Source of the DNA: an uncultured Verrucomicrobiota bacterium
Lineage (GTDB): Bacteria; Verrucomicrobiota; Verrucomicrobiia; Limisphaerales; CAZFVY01
Assembly: GCA_964522665.1 (NCBI GenBank)
Contig: CAZFVY010000008.1
Location: 29,655-93,654, forward strand
Direction: 5' to 3'
DNA: 64,000 bases
Shown: piece by piece, positions 59,136-64,000 of the stretch
How the letters are laid out: every line of letters starts with the position of its first letter
Numbering within the stretch: the first letter of the stretch is position 1
The notes under the pieces: model-generated
Databases searched by the model: none
Told to the model about the DNA's origin: nothing
Seen by the model: only the letters and a program-made list of their open reading frames with translations
Position numbers and translations under genes: made by a program

Positions 59136-59705
59136 TTAAGGTTGAGGATTGGTAGTCGTGTTACTGCTGCTGGTGCTGGGGGTGCCGCTGTTCGCGCCGT
59201 TGGGATCAACGCTTACAACTGAACTCAAATCGTAATTGAACCCATTCACCGTCAATTGCGCGGCCGTCCCGTTCATGGCGATGCCCGTGACGGGCCCGGT
59301 GATCGTCTGGGCCGTGACGCCCGTGCCGACCGTTATCGCGACCTGATGGCCGATCATCGAGATCGCCTCCTGGATCTGCTGATTGCCGCTCATCGTCTTG
59401 ATATCCCCCTCCGTCGTCTGGGCGGTGGAGAGCGAAGTGAATTGGGCCATTTGCGCGGCCATGTCCGTGTCGCTCTGCGGGCTTAACGGGTCCTGATTCT
59501 TCATCTGCGTGACCAGCAGGTTCAGAAAGTCACTCTGCGAGAGCTGCTGATTCGACGAGGGCGCCGCGGCTGCGGTTCCGCCCGTGGTCGTTGACGTGCT
59601 CGAGGTTGAAGTCGAATTCGTCGAGGCGCTCGGGAAGACCGAACTGGCGGGATAATAGCCGGTTGGCAGGGTCCCGGCCGCGAGGGCATCAGTGGTGGTT
59701 GACAT
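59136..59705 (-). CDS. flgD: flagellar hook assembly/capping protein FlgD
   Basis: LSQSDFLNLLVTQMKNQDPLSPQSDTDMAAQMAQFTSL followed by a Tudor/FlgD Ig-like C-terminus. Confidence 0.85.
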   Translation of the reverse strand: MSTTTDALAAGTLPTGYYPASSVFPSASTNSTSTSSTSTTTGGTAAAAPSSNQQLSQSDFLNLLVTQMKNQDPLSPQSDTDMAAQMAQFTSLSTAQTTEGDIKTMSGNQQIQEAISMIGHQVAITVGTGVTAQTITGPVTGIAMNGTAAQLTVNGFNYDLSSVVSVDPNGANSGTPSTSSSNTTTNPQP

Positions 59706-59722
59706 AGTTTATTCCAAAAACA

Positions 59723-62700
59723 TTAAGCCCAAGTTTCGAGCCGCTTATCCCCCGTCGCCGGGGTGGCTGTCACGGTAGGAGCGGCCGGAGCGGGAGGCGC
59801 GCTAACCGCGCCAGCGGCGCCAAAATTCTGCCGGAACTCCTGGCGCATGGCGAGTTCTTCGCCCGTCTGCCGCTGCTGTGGATTTCCTGGATTCGATTGA
59901 TTGAAACTATCCGCGCCCCATTGGGAACCCGTCCCATTCTCGAGCGATTTAAGAGTCACGCCGCGGTCGGCCAGGCGGCTTTGCAGGTCGCCCCAACCGG
60001 CGCCGACGGTCTCCCAATTCCCCTTCTCTAGGCGCGCCTGCACCTGAAGTTGGTTATCTTGGAGTTTCAGGCGCAGATCGATCGTCGTACCGTCATCGGG
60101 ACGGAGCTTGACCACCCAATCATGCGCGCTGGTGGCCCGAAAGCTCTCGACGGTGGACCAAACCTGCTCGGCCAATTTCGCCCCGGTAGTGGCGCCCTCT
60201 CGAGCCGTCGTTCCGGCCACTTCGGCGGGCGCGGCAACCTGATTGGCGGAAGAAAATTGGGCCGCCGTCGAGGCATCTCGCGGTCCAACGGAAACTGAAT
60301 CAGCCCGCGCAGCCCTAGTCGAGCGAATAGGCAAAATCTCCCCACTGTCTTTCTCGGCGCTGTTACTTTTGCCCCCAGAGGGCATATTTTGCCGAGAAAA
60401 ATCAGGGTTATTTTGTCCGTTTTTGCTCATTGCCATCGCTTCTGGGTGTTGAGCATCTGCCATGCCATCGGTCGAACCGGCTGATTCTGCCACGGTCTCG
60501 GGCTTGGCGGCAGGCGCTGACGCCTTCGCGATCTCGCTGGCCCTTGCGGTTCCCACCGCGGAATTCTGGCCGGAGCCGTCCGCGTCCGCTGATGCGGCAT
60601 CCGAGCGAGGCAGGCCCCCAGCCAAAGCCACAGTGGATGGAGCGTTAGCTTGCTCCGCCACCCGTTCGGCGGCCTTGGCCGACCCCGCTGGTCGGGCGGC
60701 GGCGGCCACCAGAGGCTTCTCGGGAGTCACCGACGCCGAAACGCCCGGGGTCACCACCGGATTCGAAATGCTATTTGACGTTCCTGCGGCGGCAGTGGTG
60801 GTCAAAGGTTGAGATTCTGTCGCGAGAGCGGCGGAACCGACCGGCGGGTTGGCCACCGTCGTCCGCAGTCCGCCTCGGAACTCAGCGACGGCCTTCGTGC
60901 CAGCGCGCGCGGATTCATCCACCAAATTAGTCGCTGCAAAATGAGCGCCAGCCGACGCCGCTGGTCGCTCCGCTAAGGCGGGCGTGGCGGGCGTGGCGGG
61001 CGTGGCGGGCGTGGCGGGCGTGGCGGGCGTGGCGGGTGAGGCGGGTGAGGCGGCGACAATGGCTTGGCCTTCAAGATTCGCTGGCGGGTTCGCCGGGGAA
61101 TTCGACGCGAGGCTCATCCCAGTAGCGGGAGGATTCAGCGGCGCGGCGACCACCGGCGTTTCGCCCACGGTTACCGGGGAGGGAGCGATAACCGGCGGCG
61201 CAGTCACCGGCGAGTTGAAGGTTGGGGCCGAAAGCTTGCTACCATCCAACCGATTGGCCCGGGCAAAATCGGCGGCGGATTGAAGGCGGGATTCGCCTCC
61301 CCTTTGCAGGGAATTCGCGCCCACGGTCAACGTCGCTGCCCCCCCGGCCTCGCTCGCGGCTTGAGCCAGTGGTCCGGCTGACGCCCCGCCGGTGGACAAA
61401 TCCGGCGAAATCGTTACCGAGCCATCCGCCAAGGCGCGGCGCAACATCGCCTCTGGGCCTTGGCCGACATCCGATTGGACATCGCCGCCGTCAAATTCAG
61501 TTTCCGCCGACGTTGAAGCCCCTAAATCGGCCGACGGCGGCCGGAAGGTTGAACTCATCGCCATCGCGCGAGCCGCCGCCAAGTTGCCGACCGCGGCGCT
61601 AGAGATCGCCCGCTCCGGGCTAACCCCAGCCGTTGACGGGTTAGCCGCGAATGCCGCGACGTTCATCTGCATCGAGGCTTGGGCCGAGGCATTTGCCGTC
61701 GTCGCCGACAAGGACGCAACCTGAGCCTGGGCGGCCGACGTTGACGCGGCGGCGGCGGTCAGCAGACTAGTAGGCGTGGTCGCCGTCGAATTGGAGGCAA
61801 CGGCTCCGCCGAAATCAGCGACGCTTGCGGCATCCAAAACTGTCGAACCGTCCTCGGAGCTATCAGCGCCGGCGCTCCCACCGCCGGTGGTATCGGTGAG
61901 ATTGTCGCCTAAGTCATTTAAGCCAGCCGCCGAAGCGTTGGAGCCAGCTTGACGGGACGCCAACAGGGGGGCGCCGCCGCCAGCGCCAGCGCCTTTGGCA
62001 GGCGCGCGCCGACCGCCCGCTTCGCGGCGGACCTGACCGATTGGCGATTTCGGTGTTTTCTCGGAAATAGCGTAGGCTGCCAGTAAATCGTCTTTGGTGA
62101 CCGGGGTCTCCTGCTTCGACGTCGGCGGAGCGGCCGGTGGGGGCGGCGGCAGGCCAGGCTGGAGCGCGGCCATCTGCAATTGCGCCTGTTGCTGAATCAA
62201 CGCCGTCGCGCTCGCCGAACTGGCGGCCGGCGGAGCGGCGGGTCCGTCCGACTGTGGGGCCTCGTCCCCGTCGGTGGGCGCGGCGGCGGCTGCAGGCGAT
62301 TCGTCCGTGGCGACGACGACCACGAGCGGAGTCGCGGTCGCGCTGGGGGGGTCCGACGCGGACGATTGAGAAAGGTCCGCCAGCTTCGATTGCGCGCTTA
62401 CCACGAGAGATTTTCCGGAGACGGCAAGCCCCGCGAGCTGGGAAGCGGTACCCGCCCCGGTGGAAAGGTTCGCGGCGGGGTTACTCGCGGCGTCAGTCTC
62501 GCTCGCCGGGGCTTCCGAGGCGGCTTCCGACGTGGCGGCCGGATCGGCGGCGCTCGCGGCGGCTCGTTTCGCTTCGGCCCGACGCAAGGCCGCGCCGGTA
62601 AGGCGAGTCCCGTGGATCATCGCGCCTTGGGGCGAGCTCGGCGCGGGTGAAGCGGCCGACCCGGCGGTCGGGGCTTTCGCGCCTGCGGGCGCGGGGTCGC

Positions 62701-63034
62701 TCGACATCGGGGGCGTCGAACTCGACAACGTCGCCGTAGGATGGTCGTCAACGAAGGTCGGGTTTGACTCATCCGCCGATTTCACCTCTCCCGTGGGAGG
62801 ATGATTCACGGAAGACCATGTCACCGGCGCCGGGGTCGCCCCATCGTCGCCAGCGTCGGTAGAAATCGCGGTTTTCTCCGCGCCAGAGGCCGAAGCTTCA
62901 CGGGTAAAACCGCCGACGGCCTCTTCGAAGGAGCCAGACTGCGGAGTTCCCGCCGCCGGAGCCGGCGCAAGGATATCCAAGAGACTGGCATGTCCCGGGG
63001 CGGCGCCTTGGGCGCTAAGCGAAGCGATATTCAT
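59723..63034 (-). CDS. fliK: FliK-like hook-length control protein, greatly expanded (~1100 aa) Ala/Ser/Pro-rich
   Basis: The C-terminal Flg_hook-like domain is DWVVKLRPDDGTTIDLRLKLQDNQLQVQARLEKGNWETVGAGWGDLQSRLADRGVTLKSLE. Its position is between the ylxF-like gene and flgD. The ATG at 63034 (MNIASLSAQG) avoids overlapping the upstream gene. Confidence 0.7.
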   Translation of the reverse strand: MNIASLSAQGAAPGHASLLDILAPAPAAGTPQSGSFEEAVGGFTREASASGAEKTAISTDAGDDGATPAPVTWSSVNHPPTGEVKSADESNPTFVDDHPTATLSSSTPPMSSDPAPAGAKAPTAGSAASPAPSSPQGAMIHGTRLTGAALRRAEAKRAAASAADPAATSEAASEAPASETDAASNPAANLSTGAGTASQLAGLAVSGKSLVVSAQSKLADLSQSSASDPPSATATPLVVVVATDESPAAAAAPTDGDEAPQSDGPAAPPAASSASATALIQQQAQLQMAALQPGLPPPPPAAPPTSKQETPVTKDDLLAAYAISEKTPKSPIGQVRREAGGRRAPAKGAGAGGGAPLLASRQAGSNASAAGLNDLGDNLTDTTGGGSAGADSSEDGSTVLDAASVADFGGAVASNSTATTPTSLLTAAAASTSAAQAQVASLSATTANASAQASMQMNVAAFAANPSTAGVSPERAISSAAVGNLAAARAMAMSSTFRPPSADLGASTSAETEFDGGDVQSDVGQGPEAMLRRALADGSVTISPDLSTGGASAGPLAQAASEAGGAATLTVGANSLQRGGESRLQSAADFARANRLDGSKLSAPTFNSPVTAPPVIAPSPVTVGETPVVAAPLNPPATGMSLASNSPANPPANLEGQAIVAASPASPATPATPATPATPATPATPALAERPAASAGAHFAATNLVDESARAGTKAVAEFRGGLRTTVANPPVGSAALATESQPLTTTAAAGTSNSISNPVVTPGVSASVTPEKPLVAAAARPAGSAKAAERVAEQANAPSTVALAGGLPRSDAASADADGSGQNSAVGTARASEIAKASAPAAKPETVAESAGSTDGMADAQHPEAMAMSKNGQNNPDFSRQNMPSGGKSNSAEKDSGEILPIRSTRAARADSVSVGPRDASTAAQFSSANQVAAPAEVAGTTAREGATTGAKLAEQVWSTVESFRATSAHDWVVKLRPDDGTTIDLRLKLQDNQLQVQARLEKGNWETVGAGWGDLQSRLADRGVTLKSLENGTGSQWGADSFNQSNPGNPQQRQTGEELAMRQEFRQNFGAAGAVSAPPAPAAPTVTATPATGDKRLETWA
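60978..61053. repeat. 9-bp in-frame tandem repeat inside fliK encoding (PAT)n
   Basis: The plus strand carries (gcgggcgtg) about 6 times, then (gcgggtgag) twice. The protein reads SPASPATPATPATPATPATPATPA. Confidence 0.8.
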
Positions 63035-63059
63035 GGGTTGCTCGGGGCTGAGAAAGTGA

Positions 63060-63851
63060 TCACTGGGCCGCCGGTTTCTTGGCGCCGGTCTGGGGCTTGG
63101 GTAAGCTGGTGTGCAACAGCCGCTGGCCAATTTCCCCCGCCAAGCTCTTCGACTCCGGGTCATCGCTCTCGAACTCGGTGATGACGTCCGCGGCAAATTT
63201 CTTATCCATATACAGCATCATTTTGGCGATGGTGTCGGCAGGGAAAGTCTTCAACCAGGCCTCCGCCTTTTTTGGCGTCATGTTCGTGCAGGTGGCGGCC
63301 ATTTCCGCGAGTTTATTGGTAAGACCGGAGCTCACGAAATCAAATTGCTCCTTGGTCTCTTTTTCCCACAGCGCTTTGGCGGAGTGAACGGCCTGGGTAA
63401 TCGACGCAATCTCCTGCAGTTCCAAGTCCGCCTGCATCTTAAGATCGCGAATGCGCTTTTCCTGCTCGTTCAGCCGGGCCTCCTTCGCGTGGAGCTTGGC
63501 GACCAAATCGGCGACTTCAGGATTGTTGAACGCCAGCGAACCGGCCTCGCCCAGTTGCTTGCGGGTGAATTTCGGCGCGCTATCCGGCGCGGGTGTTTCC
63601 GCCTTGGCCGTTTCCGCGGGCGGCGCCTTGACTTGGTCCTCCGCTGGGGCCGCGTTGGTCCCGTGGGCCATCGGCGGCGCGTTGGTTCCCGCGGCTTTCG
63701 CCGGCTTGGTCGCGTCCACGTTCGTCGAGCCCGGCGCGGTGACGTCGGCGGCGACGGGCGGGCGGAGCTTCCAAAGCACGCCCAGCGTGACGGAGAAAGC
63801 GGCCATGCCGATGAGCGCGGCAAACCATCCCGATTTAAAGAGCTTATTCAT
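63060..63851 (-). CDS. flagellar-operon protein with an MgtE_N-like C-terminal domain (MotE/YlxF/FlbB-like)
   Basis: N-terminal TM, a coiled-coil middle and the C-terminus MTPKKAEAWLKTFPADTIAKMMLYMDKKFAADVITEFE. It occupies the ylxF position between fliJ and fliK. Confidence 0.5.
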   Translation of the reverse strand: MNKLFKSGWFAALIGMAAFSVTLGVLWKLRPPVAADVTAPGSTNVDATKPAKAAGTNAPPMAHGTNAAPAEDQVKAPPAETAKAETPAPDSAPKFTRKQLGEAGSLAFNNPEVADLVAKLHAKEARLNEQEKRIRDLKMQADLELQEIASITQAVHSAKALWEKETKEQFDFVSSGLTNKLAEMAATCTNMTPKKAEAWLKTFPADTIAKMMLYMDKKFAADVITEFESDDPESKSLAGEIGQRLLHTSLPKPQTGAKKPAAQ

Positions 63852-63858
63852 GAGCGTA

Positions 63859-64000
63859 TCATCTCCAACGGAGGGCGAACTTGCTAGAGCTATTTAGGGT
63901 CGCGATGTCGTCCAGGGCCTTCTGTTCGGCGCGGGCGCTGTGGAGTTGGTGGGCGGCCCGGCCCTTGTCGTGCAGTTTTTCCATCAGTTCACGCTTCTGC
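63859..64000 (-). CDS. fliJ: probable FliJ C-terminus (5' end outside the window)
   Basis: The minus-strand frame from 63999 reads QKRELMEKLHDKGRAAHQLHSARAEQKALDDIATLNSSSKFALRWR* (stop at 63861-63859). It is coiled-coil-like, FliJ-like, and in the expected operon position. It is absent from the track because it is short and partial. Confidence 0.4.
   Translation of the reverse strand, partial: QKRELMEKLHDKGRAAHQLHSARAEQKALDDIATLNSSSKFALRWR

Noticed and set aside
60978-61053. Short tandem repeats that might suggest a CRISPR or minisatellite locus (also 57846-57917).
   Set aside because: The repeat units are 9 and 12 bp with no spacers. They are in frame inside fliK and fliL and encode PAT and EGKS peptide repeats.

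Overview
This is a 64-kb, high-GC chromosomal segment. Its gene content suggests a PVC-superphylum bacterium (Verrucomicrobiota-like): an exosortase, two H-X9-DG pseudopilin-like proteins, two tandem PSCyt/DUF1549/DUF1553 + DUF1501 gene pairs, and many twin-arginine-signal periplasmic enzymes. No rRNA, tRNA, CRISPR array or transposase was recognised. Left third (1-16.6 kb): J-domain protein, efp, PfkB kinase, exosortase + TPR protein, Fe-ADH, S1/P1-type nuclease, HDAC-family deacetylase, Tat phospholipase C, PIG-L deacetylase fusion, pseudopilin-like protein, DUF1499. Middle (16.8-47.4 kb): the two PSCyt/DUF1501 pairs; three paralogous ~770-aa secreted NHL-repeat proteins with a pseudopilin-like gene between them; a Tat Gfo/Idh/MocA oxidoreductase; a glycoside-hydrolase-like protein with two discoidin domains; an amidase; a hydroxyproline-catabolism cluster (pepP, DHDPS-like, Hyp epimerase, FAD dehydrogenase, CysK-like); and a sialate O-acetylesterase-like protein. 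Right (47.5-64 kb): one minus-strand flagellar operon in Bacillus fla/che-like order, fliJ-ylxF/motE-fliK-flgD-flgE-fliL-fliM-fliN-fliO-fliP-fliQ-fliR-flhB-flhA-[insert]-flhF. The most unusual observation is a low-GC, co-oriented type II restriction-modification cassette (BglII-fold nuclease plus SPPY beta-class methyltransferase) sitting between flhA and flhF. Second is the triplicated NHL-repeat family, which shares an unassigned C-terminal module ending in RF(F/Y)RA. Many long ORFs in the six-frame track are antisense shadows of real genes, as expected in GC-rich DNA. The track also counts TTG/GTG as starts, so several 5' ends were trimmed to better-supported starts.
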